NCBI GenBank assembly: GCA_951406725.2
Contig: OX597820.1
Location: 26,908,001 to 26,972,000, forward strand
Direction: 5' to 3'
Origin: Octopus vulgaris
Taxonomy: Eukaryota
DNA: 64,000 nt
Below are positions 43,271 through 55,694 of this stretch, one piece after another. How positions within the stretch are numbered: the stretch's first letter is position 1; the number at the start of each line of letters is the position of its first letter. A model generated the notes under the pieces. The model had not been told where the DNA came from. It saw only the letters and a program-made list of their open reading frames with translations, and searched no databases. Position numbers and translations under genes: made by a program.

Positions 43271-43767
43271 GGAGGCGCAATGGCCCAGTGGTTAGGGCAG
43301 CGGACTCGCGGTCGTGGGATCACGGTTTCGATTCCCAGACCAAGCATTGTGAGTGTTTATTTAGTGAAAACACTCCACGATGCTCCGGCAGGGGTGGTAG
43401 TGAACCCTGCTGTACTCTTTCACCACAACTTTCTCTCACTCTTCCTGTTTCTGTTGTACCTGAATTTCAAAGGGCCAGCCTTGTCACACTCTGTGTCACG
43501 CTGAATCTCGCCGAGAACTACGTTAAGGGTACACGTGTTTGTGGAGTGCTCAGCCACTTGCACGTTAATAAATGAGCTGCGACGTCACTGGTGCCAAGCT
43601 GTATCGGCCTTTGCCTTTCCCTTGGATAACATTGGTGGCGTGGAGAGGAGAGGCTGGTATGTATAGGCAACTGCTGGTCTTCCATAAAGAACTATTCCCA
43701 GATTTTTGCCTCGGAGAGTAACTTTCTAGGTGCAATCCCATGGTCATTCGTGACCGAAGGGGGTCAC
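43271..43767 (+). mobile_element. SINE C (43271-43568) abutting SINE D 3' half (43572-43767)
   Basis: Head GGAGGCGCAATGGCCCAGTGGTTAGGGCAGCGG is the same as at 63781; tail matches 2723-2915. Confidence 0.88.
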
Positions 43768-44033
43768 AATAATTGTTTCTGTTGTAGACACAAGACTAGC
43801 AATTTTGAGTATATAGAATTAGCTGATTATAGCGACCTTAGCACTTGCCAGGAGTGGTGATATGCTAAGGCGGCCTTGGCGTCATTTGAACTCAGAATGT
43901 AAAGAGTTGGATCAAATTGGTACTTTATTACGATATTGGTGAGATTGAACTCAGAACACAAAGATCTGGAACCAATTCTACAATATACTTTTTCCGACCT
44001 TCTAACATTGCTGCTAATACCCCATAATATAAT

Positions 44034-44432
44034 TATTTCAAATTTTGCAACAAGGGCAGCTTGAGGCAGGTGGGGGTTGAGTCAATTACATCGACCCCAG
44101 TGTTCAACTGGTGCTTATTTTATCGACCCCGAAAGGACGAAAGGCAAAGTCAACCTCGGCGCAGTTTGAACTCAGCACGTAGCGACGGGCGAAATACCTA
44201 TTTCTTTACTACCCACAAGGGGCTAAACACAGAGAGAACAAACAAGGACAGACTAACGGATTAAGTCGATTACTTCGACCCCATTGCGTAACTGGTACGT
44301 AATTTATCGACCCCGGAAGGATGAACGGCAAAGTCAACCTCGGCGGAATTTGAACTCAGAACGTAACGGTAGACGAAATACGGCTACGCATTTCGCCCGG
44401 CGTGCTAACGTTTCTGCCAGCTCGCCGCCTTT
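44034..44432 (-). mobile_element. Dimeric SINE B with 20-bp TSD
   Basis: CTAATACCC(C/T)ATAATATAAT at 44014-44033 and 44433-44452. Confidence 0.9.
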
Positions 44433-44469
44433 CTAATACCCTATAATATAATACCAATTATACAGATCT

Positions 44470-44890
44470 CAAGTGTTGGCACAAGGCCAGCAATTTCGTG
44501 GGAGGAACGTAAGTCGATAACATCGACTCCAGTGTTCAACTAGTACTTATTTTATCAACCTCGAAAAGGATTAAAGGTAAAGTCGACCTCGGCGGAACTT
44601 GAACTTAGAAGATAAGGACGAACAAAATCCTACTTAGCATTTTGCCCGGCGTGCAAACGATTTTGCTTGGTCGCCGCCTTAAGATACAAATTTATATTGG
44701 TTTCAAATTTTGGCACGAGGCTAGCAGTTTTGGAGGATGTGTGAAGTCGATTAAATCGATCCCAGTGCTCAAAAGTATGAAAGGTGTGATCGACCTTGGG
44801 GGAATTTGAACTCAGAACATAAAGTGTGCGAAGCGCCGCTAAGCATTTTGCCCGGCGTGCTTAACGATTCTGCCAGTTCGCAGCTTTCTA
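44470..44890 (-). mobile_element. Two tandem SINE B monomers
   Basis: Two copies of GGCAC(A/G)AGGC.AGCA...GAACT.AGAA...GCATTTTGCCCGGCGTGC. Confidence 0.85.
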
Positions 44891-45977
44891 AAAAAGTGGT
44901 CTGCAAGCTGCTACAGAGAATCGAAACCCATACCTCTCAATCCCCGATTAAGCACTCTGTAACATGAAGCTAAGCAACCCATGACAATACAAATCTATAT
45001 TAAAATATGTAAGCATGGGTATAGTTATGCGGTCAAGAAGTTCGCTTTGCAAACCACGTGGTTCTCGGCACGATCCCAGAGCGTATTCTACCTCGACTAG
45101 TAAAACTGCACGCATTTAATTCGGTAATCTGCGCTCCCAGTTAATTTACTGTGATTAATTCAAAGATAAGAATAGAATTATATATTAACTCTAAATATCC
45201 ACAACTTATAAAATTATATTATGTTCCACGTTAATACTCGAATACAATCATAACGAAATTAATTGAATTAACTAACAAAGGCACAGCTGTTCTATGTTTG
45301 CGCCTGCATCTGTCAAAAGAATAATCCTTTCTTAAACCTACCTCTCAGACTAACTTGCATTGGTTGAGAATATAGTTAACGTCCGTGTAACATACGACCC
45401 AAGAGCCAGTTGCCACATGACTAATTAATTAACCTGTGTGCAATAAGCTAATTTTGATTAATTATTATATTTTAATAATGATAATAATTACTAACGTTCG
45501 CTCGTTAGCAATTCTTAGAAATGTCTAAAAATGCTTGTAATCGGTTTATGCATTTGTAGTATTATTATCGACCGTAGAAGGATGAAGATCAAAATTATGT
45601 TCGGCACGGTGTGAATTTAATGCATTAAAAAAATGTATTTTTTAATATTTTATTTGCTTCAATCGTTGAACGCCGGCCATACTGGAGCACTACGTTGAAG
45701 GGTTTTAGTGGAAAAAATCGACACCAGCACTTATATGTTACTTTTTAAAGTCTGGTACCTATTCTATCGGTTACTATACTGTAGGGTGTGCGTGACAAAC
45801 GCACACACACACACACACGGTGGGTTTCTACATAGTTTCTGCCAGCCAAATTCACTCAGAAAGAATTAATCAATTCGGGGCTATAGTAAAAAGACACTTG
45901 TTCAATGTCACGCTATGGGACTGAACTCAAAAACCTCATAATTGCAAAGCGAGTTTCTTAAACTACGCAGACATACC

Positions 45978-46171
45978 CAGTGCCGGATTCATCATTGTGC
46001 TTAGGTGTGCTTAAGCACAGGGCCCCGTTGACCAGGAAGTGTAGGGAGGTATCTTCCTGCCCCAAATCTTTTTTACGATGAATTTTTCAAATATCATACA
46101 TTCAAATATTCAAGTAAAGGGTCTCATAACTTAACTACTACAGGGCCTCCTCTGTCCTAAATCCGGCACTG
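45978..46171. mobile_element. hAT-type MITE
   Basis: 12-bp TIR CAGTGCCGGATT / AATCCGGCACTG; 8-bp flanks GACATACC and GACATATG (degenerate TSD). Confidence 0.85.
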
Positions 46172-46717
46172 GACATATGCAAACCTGTGTCGGAGACAAG
46201 TACTAGAAGACATTTTATTCGTGACTTTATCGATTCTACCAACAGCCAAATAGTAATGGTTTATAATTTAGGAACAAACCTCTAACTTTTCGGGAGAGAG
46301 GAGTTGAGTCGATACCATAGAACTCAGTAATTGACTGATTCTTTATTTTTATCAAACTTGAAAGATGAAGTGCAAAATTTCCCAGGGCAGGATGTGAACC
46401 ATTGAAATCAGAAATGAAAGCGTGGGAGTAAATATCACAAGTCATTTCGCCGACGCTCTAATGATTCTGCTAAAGTATCCCTTTCTATAATTTCTAATTT
46501 AGGCCCATGACCAGCAGTATTTCTATAGAGGGGATTAGCTGCTATCATACGTGAAAGCACAGAGGTGCAAGCAAAGTGCAAGCTCTAGTCCTAAAATATC
46601 AAAAGCAAAATATGTTTTATTGAAGTTAAAAATATTCAAAAATTCACCAATTGTTAATCGGGGCTTCATATCAGACAGAAGTGAACTTTTGGACTATGCA
46701 GTATCTAAATAATGTAA

Positions 46718-47112
46718 AGCGGCAGAAACGTTAGCACGCCGGGCGAAATGCGTAGCTGTATTTCGTCTGCGGTTACATTCTGAGTTCAAATTCCGCCGAG
46801 GTCGACTTTGCCTTTCATCCTTCCGGGATCGATTAAATAAGTACAAGTTACAAACTGGGGTCGATATAATCGACTTAATCCGTTTGTCAGTCCTTGTTTG
46901 TCCTCTCTGTGTTTAGCCCCTTGTGGGTAGTAAAGAAATAGGTATTTCGTCTGTCTTTACGTTCTGAGTTCAAGTTCCGTCGATGTCGATTTTGCCTTTC
47001 ATCCTTTCGGGGTCGATAAATTAAGTAACAGTTGCGTATTGGAGTCGATCTAATCGACTGGCTCCTTCCACAAAAATCTCCACAAATCTTGTGGTTATAG
47101 TAGAAAAGAATA
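46718..47112 (+). mobile_element. Dimeric SINE B
   Basis: Core, tail module (...GTAGTAAAGAAATAG), GTATTTCG core repeat, second tail (...AGTAGAAAAGAATATT). Confidence 0.92.
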
Positions 47113-47142
47113 TTTAGTAAATGTTTATAATACATACATGCA

Positions 47143-47192
<50 letters not shown>

Positions 47193-49082
47193 TTATATAT
47201 GAATGTGTATACGTATGTACATGTATGTATATGTATATATGCATGTAAGTATATACATGTACGTATATCGATCTGTATATGTATGCATTTATGCATAAAT
47301 TTATATATATATATATCATATGACTTGCCTTCAATACAATATAGATATCGATTAAATTTTGTTATCAGTCACGTGGCGGATTGCCTTCATTAATTGGATC
47401 ATTAAGATGTTTTATCAGTCTTATCTGTGCTAATTAATGAGATATACTCTTGGTCTTTTGGCTGCTAAAAGACTAAAACCTCTTTCTCTTACTTTAAATA
47501 TCAAAATCTTGTCTTTAATCAAATCTGAATCAGTCATATGCAGCCGAAATGCTAAAGATAATTATCACAACAAAAGTAGTTGATGAACTGAAAAATCTTG
47601 CGTCTTATAATAATTAGGTAATTCACATCTCACTTCTAGAGATGAACATTTACAGCTTCTCGGTAATTTTCTAATTTCGACAACATTCTGATAATAATAG
47701 TTACTAGAATTGGTAAACTAGTGGTAGTCTGTTTATTCCTACCACGAAGCATTAATCTTTACATCACCTAACGTTATCAAACAGCGTAGTAACGTAAAAT
47801 TATTCTATTTTTCTTTCCCAAGCATTCTAATAACGTTTGACAGGTGAATAAGATACAAGGATTTCAGCTAGAATTGGCCTAGACAGTATCAATCTGAATA
47901 GAACCACCTAATTACCGTATGTTATATGTAAATGCCATAAACCGTCGTAGGTGGATGTATCCTTTGATATTTTTATGAATGCCATATATTAACGTAGCTT
48001 GTTTCTTCCTTTGATAGTGTTGGGCATAATCAGCATAACGATCGCAGCCAGTTAAATTAAAATAGTTCCATAGAAACAGCCGAATTGTTTGAGGGTTAAT
48101 TGTGGCTAATGAATTAAGCAGTTACCTCCGAACTTGTCCTGTCTATGTAAATGTAAGCGGGCGGAATATATCAGAATTAATGGCTTGTTTCGATAGCTCA
48201 CAAGGATGAGTTTAAAGCTGTTTGTAGGCAGAAACACTCCGCTTCTCTATCATTAGTTTCCAAAGAATCATATCATTCCTACTATAACGTGAACTTAAAA
48301 GGAATGAAGATTTGCGTGAAAACAGCGAAATATTTCGTGTACTGTATGCTGGGAAATTATTATTTTTTTTGTCTTCCTCTTCTGAGATTCAAACGAAGAT
48401 TGAAAAGAATCAACGGGGTGAACTTTAAACAAATCTCTTGATTGGTGCACACACATCAACTGAAATTGATAGACACGCGTAAAGATTTACACGCATACAT
48501 ACACATTTAAATTAATTCCGCGAAAGGGGGAAGAACAAAATCGTTTGGGAAGAAATCATTTTCATGTGCGATAAACAGTTTATGATTCTTTGATTCGAAA
48601 CATGACAGAAGTTAACGCGATTCAGCTGTAATTAAAAGTAAGACAAATTTCTGTTCTTGATTGCGAAATCATTCACTGAAGAATGCAAGATTTGATTTAA
48701 ATAAAAAGAAGAATTTTGAAAAACCAATCGATCGTTTGCAGTTAAATAATCACAGAAAAGGAGGAATGTGAAAATAGCAGCAGTCATGATGCCAAATTCA
48801 ATCAGTTGTTAAAGAATGTTGAGAATTAATAAAAATCTGTCATTGCTTCGCAATTAGTTTACATAGAAAATGAAATCTAAAAATATTCAAAACCAAGACT
48901 ATTTGCATAACCCAGGTAGTTTTTAGCTAACGCCAGTGTCTAGCTTTACAGCCACCCATTTAATGAGGCCTTTTAAAACTATTTTTGTGGTAGCCAATCC
49001 CGACCAAGTAGTAGGTCGATGTTGATTTGAACGCATCCTGGTGTCGGTAGGCATTTTAAGTAGCCATATATGCATCATGTAT

Positions 49083-49316
49083 CTGCTTCTTTATTACCCA
49101 CAAGGGGCTAAACATAGAGGGAACAAACAAGGACAGACAAACGGATTAAGTGGATTATATCGACCCCAGTGCGTAACTGGTACTTATTTAATCGACCCCG
49201 AAAGGATGAAAGGCAAAGTCGACCTCGTCGTAATTTGAACTCAGTACGTAACGGCAGACGAAATACGGCAACGCATTTCGCCTGGCGTGCTAAAGTTTCT
49301 GCCAGCTCGCCGCCTT
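49083..49316 (-). mobile_element. SINE B monomer ending at the internal tail module
   Basis: Head GGCGGCGAGCTGGCAGAAAC; ends CCCCTTGTGGGTAATAAAGAAG. Confidence 0.9.
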
Positions 49317-50047
49317 TTCTTTTTAAAAATTATAGGCTTTCCCGTACGCGTGGGACACGAACCCACACCTTTTTGTTTACGTGACCAAATAGACTACCGT
49401 TCCACTTATATGTATCATATATCATGTATACACTCTGTCGATATCTGTGTTAAAACAACAATAAATGGTCGCGACCCGCGAAAGCGTCAGATGCATTTCG
49501 GGTCTTCTGAGCTTTTTCAATAACGCATATTCGCAGCTAGCCACATGTTCAAACCAGAATTAGTCGGGTATGATGTTAGAAAAGTAGACAAAACATTCGC
49601 TGAAGACGCAAATATCTACCCAGTTGAATAAAAATCGGTATACGCAACTGAAGACGTATCTAATTAAAGTAGCTAGCTATATAACAAACTTGTACGCACT
49701 ATCGGTAGATGGTTTTCCTGAAGAAATATAACTCTATATTGTTTGAAGGTTATAGAATAATTATTTTGTTTACCTATTTTCGTTTTCGGATGAGGAATTA
49801 AAGTGTATGGCCAGGTAAAAAAGAAAAAAAAACCGTGTAGCAATGTGGTTACGTGATGTGAGATTGAGTTTTGTAAAGGACGTACGAATCGTTGACCCAT
49901 GCGTCTAATGAGTATTAGTGACGGATTATTTTCTCTGTTACACAAGTCATATAACGTTTACGGTGTCGTTGAAGGGCGTACATACACAATACATACATGT
50001 ATGTATCTTACATATAAATGGCAATTTCTGTATACATATATTTATAG

Positions 50048-50106
<59 letters not shown>

Positions 50107-50139
50107 CACACACATACACATACACACACATATATTTCA

Positions 50140-50431
50140 ACAAATTAGTAGAGGTTTTAGAGTATCCTGTAATATACCTTGAGATATTTGTTCCGGGTTT
50201 CTTTGCTTTGAGCTCAATTCCTTCTGAAGTCAAACCATCTTTTACATCGAGGACAATAAAAAAGGCCTCTCTCCAGACCATATTATTAGCAAAAATACCC
50301 TGTAGTATCTGTTCCAGCACTTTGCGGAGTTCTACGCCTTGTTTCTGTCCCATGGACTTATTGCGAAGCGCTGGCGTTGAGTCCAGTGTATAATATGAAG
50401 CAGCTTGTGAAACTTCAATAAATTCAGACAG
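50140..50431 (-). pseudogene. Degenerate hAT (Tip100/ZMYM-like) transposase fragment
   Basis: Open frame FIEVSQAASYYTLDSTP...REAFFIVLDVKDGLTSEGI...PGTNISRYITGY echoes hAT motifs YYSIILDSTPD, ERFLGF..TGEGL and GLDISNCRGQGY (by-eye similarity). Confidence 0.5.
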
Positions 50432-50434
50432 CTA

Positions 50435-51427
50435 CGAGGTGGTATCAAACGTTCCCAGACTAGTGCTGTCGCACTCCAACAGATAGCAACACAGTGTTGT
50501 GTGCGCAGTGAGAGCTATCAAGTGACCTTCAAGAGACACTTTACCGAGTGACAGCGCTGTGTTTGATTATGCTTCGACAAGCTTACGGCGGCGAGGCAAT
50601 GGGTCGTATACAATGTTTCGAGTGGTACTGGCACTTCAAAAGCGGAAGAACGTCCCTGGCAGACGATAAGTGATATGGAAGACCTGCCACGAGCGTCACC
50701 ACCGGAAATGTGTGGAAAATTCATCGGTTTTTGTATGAAGGACAATCAACGATATTGCTGATGTTACGGGCCTGTCGTATGGGCCGATGCAGACAATCTT
50801 AACGTCTGGATTCTTCATGACGACAATGCACCCTGTCATTGAGTTCACCTCACTCGTGATTTTTTCGTCAAAAAACAACATGGCACCGCTTCCGCCCCCG
50901 CTCTATTCGCCAGATTTAGCACCTGCGGACTTCCATCTCTTCCCTATAATGAAAATGTAGCTCAAATACTTATTTCTTTACTACCCACAAGGGGCTAAAC
51001 ACAGAGAGGACAGACAAGGACAGACAAACGGATTAAGTCGATTACATTGACCCCAGTGCGTAACTGGTACTTAATTTATCGACCCCGAAAGGATGAAAGG
51101 CAAAGTCGACCTCGGCGGAATTTGAACTCAGAACGTAGCGGCAGACGAAATACCGCTTAGCATTTTGCTCGGCGTGCTAACGTTTCTGCCAGCTCGCCGC
51201 ATTATGTAGCTCAAATACCATCGTTTTAACACCGTTGCCGAGATTAAGAGCGAATCGCAAAAAGTCCTCGACTTGCCTACAGAAAGACGATTTCTAGGCC
51301 GGATTTCAAAAGTGGCAGGAACGTTGGGACCGGTGGCTATTTCGAAGGAGAATATGTTAAAACTTTAGTAAATAAGTTATTCTTTATTAAACATAAACTA
51401 TTCCGGGAATTCTTTGATACCACATCG
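50435..51427 (+). mobile_element. Internally deleted mariner (second family)
   Basis: TA|CGAGGTGGTATCAAA ... TTTGATACCACATCG|TA; remnants LHDDNAPCH and YSPDLAPADFHLFP. Confidence 0.9.
50970..51203 (-). mobile_element. Young SINE B monomer inserted in the mariner, 15-bp TSD
   Basis: ATGTAGCTCAAATAC on both sides. Confidence 0.93.
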
Positions 51428-51942
51428 TAATGTAGCGGAGCATTATAAGAATTCTGTCCGTCTGGAGGATGGGGTAGGTTATATATAAAGTATACATACA
51501 TAGCTTTAAATAATTTTACGAGATTCAGTAACAACTGTTCTGTCGGTAATGGAATGACCGTTACTAATTTTAACTGGCTCTATTTTTCTCCCTCTCGTCT
51601 TTGACAAACTAGTTAATTTAACATTTGAAGCTTGGTAAATATTTGTAAAAGGAAGGCGAATAGCTATATTCTATAGCTTGTAATTAAAACTAAGAGTGGG
51701 TGTAAATTACTTTATTAGCTATTTTTCTTTCTTTTTTTTCTCTTTTTGTTAATTTCACAGTCAATATGTACTATACAAATGTATTAGAAAACTCGTTTAC
51801 AGTGCAAATTTCAGATATTTTAGATCTGTTTCTTTCTCTCTTTTCTCCTTTACTCTTTCTTTCTGCCTCTAACACATACACACACAAATATATACGTACA
51901 TGCTCATATGTATATATATAAACACACAGACACACACATGTG

Positions 51943-51979
<37 letters not shown>

Positions 51980-52156
51980 ATACGCAAAACACACACATAT
52001 ACAAATATGTATACTTATGTATATATATCTGTATACATTCATACACACATACGCGCACACACACGCATACACACACACACGCACATGTACACAGACACAC
52101 ACACACACACGTTTGCTTCTCAAGACTCATTGCATGACATCTATTATAGCTACAAG

Positions 52157-52208
52157 CTGACTAAAGCCATATCAGTGGATTCGGTATACGAAAACTGAAA
52201 GCTCATCG

Positions 52209-52254
<46 letters not shown>

Positions 52255-52744
52255 TGTATATATATATATATGTGTGTGTGTATGTATATATATATGTATG
52301 TGTGTGCGTGTGTGTGTGTGTATTCTTTTATTCTTTTACTTGTTTCAGTCACTTGACTGCGGTCATGCTGGAGCACCGCCTTTAGTCGAACAAATCGACC
52401 CCAGGAGTTATTCTTTGTAAGCCTAGTACATATTCTATCGGTCTTTTTTGCCGAACAGCTAGAAGACAGGGACGTAAACACACCAACATCGGTTGTCAAG
52501 CGATGGTGGAGAGACAGACACAAACACATGTACGTAGGGCTTCTTTCAGTTTCCGCCTACCAAATCTACACACAAGGGTTTTGGTCGGCCCGAGGCTATA
52601 GTAGAAGACACTTGCCCAAGATTCCACCCAGTGGAACTGAATCAGGAACCCTGTGGCTGGTAAGCAAGCTACTTACCATACATCCACGCCTATATACACA
52701 CACATATACGCACACACACACACACACTCTCTCACACACACACT

Positions 52745-52806
<62 letters not shown>

Positions 52807-52945
52807 CATATTTGTGGTTCTATGTCTGTGTCTTTGTGTCTGTATTTGTCCCTACCACCACTTGACAACCAGTGCTGGTGTGTTTACGTAATCGTAACTT
52901 AGTGGTTCAAGAAAAAAGACCGACTGAAAAATTACCGGGCTTAAT
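52157..52945 (+). mobile_element. Old SINE A whose microsatellite hosts a younger antisense SINE A (52322-52691)
   Basis: 5' part GAAAACTGAAAGCTCATCGTATA at ~52190; 3' part TTGACAACCAGTGCTGGTGTGTTTACG at ~52860; complete minus-strand copy between them. Confidence 0.85.
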
Positions 52946-54159
52946 ACCTAAGAAACGTATTTTTGATCACTGCAATTATTTCAACCTATCTGACATGGAT
53001 CCCTCGCGGGTGGGGTCCCGAACATCTGGCTTAGGTGTATCCGTCGGTGTAGATGTGTTTCCTCAGGTGATTTCGGTGATTTCAAGAGGTGTCTCGTTAA
53101 AATAAACTTTGTTTCGCAAAGTTTCTTTTTGGTCTTCGTATATATAGATTAAGGCATACAGCTTCATACTTATAGAAGATCCGTAACAAATATCATGTCT
53201 TAGATATAAAATACATCTGATATAAAGAAGCTTTACTTTTATTTTACATAATATGCTATCAATGGAGATTAGGCTAGGCACTTGAAGTGAGTAAAAAGAC
53301 AGAGAAAAACATAGAAAGCACAGACTAACATCAGTTGGGCTCGTACAATAAAGTTTTGCTAAACTGTATTGATATCTTTATTGCAATAAATTTATCCTAT
53401 TACCTATTCATAGACAGTAGTTTTATCACTTATAAATATAACCGACAGACGCCTCAACTTTGTTCAAACACCACACAGTATACATATTTATATATGCATT
53501 GATTTATTTATTCCAATAGCCTAACTGGAAAACCAATTCCAATATAGCTGTTCGATCTGGGATGAAGCAAACAAGAGCAACAACAGATTTGGACTTGCCT
53601 TAAGTTAAACAACACCACAAGCTAGTTAAGTCGAGGCTAGTGTAAAAGCTGTTGACTTCATCATGCAATCTGTCCATTAGGACAACACAGTTTCTCTCAA
53701 TTTGTCTTCCAACAAAACCTTATTTTAAAATCAGGACTTCATGGTTTTTAAGTATTCAAATAGAGAATTGATTCGTTGTCGGAGGCGGTGCTCTTCGGTT
53801 CTGATTCTGCTACATATCAACAGAATGTGAAGACAGTATTGTGAGGGAGAGGAGGCAGATATATCAACAAAACTACAAGTGAGAAGGCAGCAAGGAAGAT
53901 AACTTTTCCGGAAATCGAAACCGCATCAGAAACACATTTTTTTCGGAGCTTACCACTATTCTACTGCAGAGATCAACGAAATCGCAAGACAGCATTATTT
54001 ATCTATTATCATTAATACGTTTCGAGTTCCAAGTCCGCCGAGGTCGACTTTGCCCTTCATTCTTTCGGGATCAAGAAGATAAGTATCAGTCAAGCGCTGG
54101 GGTCGATGTAATCCACTTACCCCGCCTCGAAATTGTTGACATTGTTATATTTATTATTG

Positions 54160-55283
54160 TTATTTACTTTTAACCAGTATGTTTGTTGCAATCACTTGCC
54201 AGGACACACCCAGCGTCATAGGGCGAATGAAGGATAAGAGATGTTACAGTATGACTGAAAGCTTGTGGAGGGGACGTGGCAGGGGCAAAAGCGAAATATC
54301 TCCTCCGCTACAACTTCACCTTAGCTACACATTCGCTGATCTTCACCTACGTTATTCTCATCGAGATTTTCACCACTACAGAAACTTTTCCTGGTTGTCT
54401 GAATCTGGGCCTCATTAAGAAAGCCTCTATTCCGAATTATTCTTATCTGATTCATAAGTCCATTTTCAGTAATCTGAAAGATACCCAGCTTGTTCGAAAC
54501 TTTACCTTTGCCATTGTTCTTGTCTAACAAGGCTTGCTCATGGCACTGGATCGCCTTTTTGGTTTATATCAACAGACCACTTGCGCTTGCGAGCACGTTA
54601 CATAATTTGACCAGTACTAGGACTATGTCTTGCAGTGTGGCTAACAGTTGTTGGATTACGACCGGACTCACCCTGTTGCATAGTGGGGCACCTGTCGGGT
54701 GCATCACTTTCACCATTTGTTCAAGTCCCCTTATACACCGTTATCGTCATTTATTTTACTTGGAATTTTCACTCGCAAATGAGGTGTGTTTTTAGGTTAT
54801 TACCAACCGGTATTTTTTATCGAGACACCGTCTCTATCAAGGTTGTCTGCCAAGGCGGCAGGGTCCATGCTCCTCTGGTTTGGGGCTTGAAGTGTTCCTT
54901 CTCTTACGCTACTTGCCACCCAAGGCTAACGAGCACAGCCTACTCGGAGCACTGGTTATTTGGAGGCGCCAGATACTCGCCTTTCCCCTCACTTCTGTTG
55001 GTTTTGCGCAGGAGCCAGGCCTGCCTGTGACTAAGGAGTCCTATCTACCAGTTTTGAAATCAGAGTATTCCTTCTACCCGACAGACTGCCAACCAAGGCT
55101 CAGACCTCTGTCTACCCGTTCTACCCGTTTTCGGAATGGCCATTGACTCTTTTAACTTCCTCTAGCCTTTGCCGGGTTGTGTTTTTAATCCCGCAGAGTG
55201 TTGAAAATCCATCCTTGTCACCAAGCAGGCTTAGTGGGGTTACCGGCTTAGTCGCCGTCGACTCGACGGTTTCACAACACCGC
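54160..55283 (-). mobile_element. Internally deleted R4/Dong-like non-LTR element (~1.1 kb)
   Basis: Minus strand: GC-rich leader, then RKRKWSVDIN/KAIQCHEQA...GIFQITENGLMNQIRIIRNRGFL resembling the R4/Dong N-terminal pattern (WT.EEN..IMECY...EQRL.DQ.R.I), then a short 3' end running into TAA-like sequence. Confidence 0.55.
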
Positions 55284-55615
55284 TTGTTAATCATTCTGGG
55301 TAATTATCATTCTCTATTATAATTTCAGGATTACTACTATAAACTCTATCTTATTATTTACTAGTTCACTAATATAGTTTCACAATTATTACCATAATTA
55401 TATTATTACTATAAAACCGAGGGGTCCTAATATTGTCTCCCCTGTTTTCTTTAGACAACAAATGATGGTAGATTCACGACTGTTGGTTTAGATGCTGCTG
55501 ACGCTGTGGCGTTAAATAAGAGGAGCGAGCTTGTGTCTACTAATGCAGGCTATTTAATTGGATTGCTAGTTGACATAGCTGACAGTCGATTAAGGGCAGG
55601 TGGATGGGAATTTTA

Positions 55616-55694
55616 AGAGTATCTTCGTCAAGTTGGATCTAACTATCATAGCTTAGAGAGTATCTTCGGCAAGTTGGGACTAACTATCATAGCT
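55616..55694. repeat. Two-copy ~40-bp tandem duplication
   Basis: AGAGTATCTTCG(T/G)CAAGTTGG..CTAACTATCATAGCT twice. Confidence 0.85.

Noticed and set aside
43271-43345. tRNA gene at SINE heads (also 63781)
   Set aside because: Continues directly into SINE body; multi-copy.
49340-49410. tRNA-like sequence on the minus strand (another at ~44915-44980)
   Set aside because: Only box-B-like remnants and no convincing cloverleaf; probably decayed SINE heads or pseudogenes.
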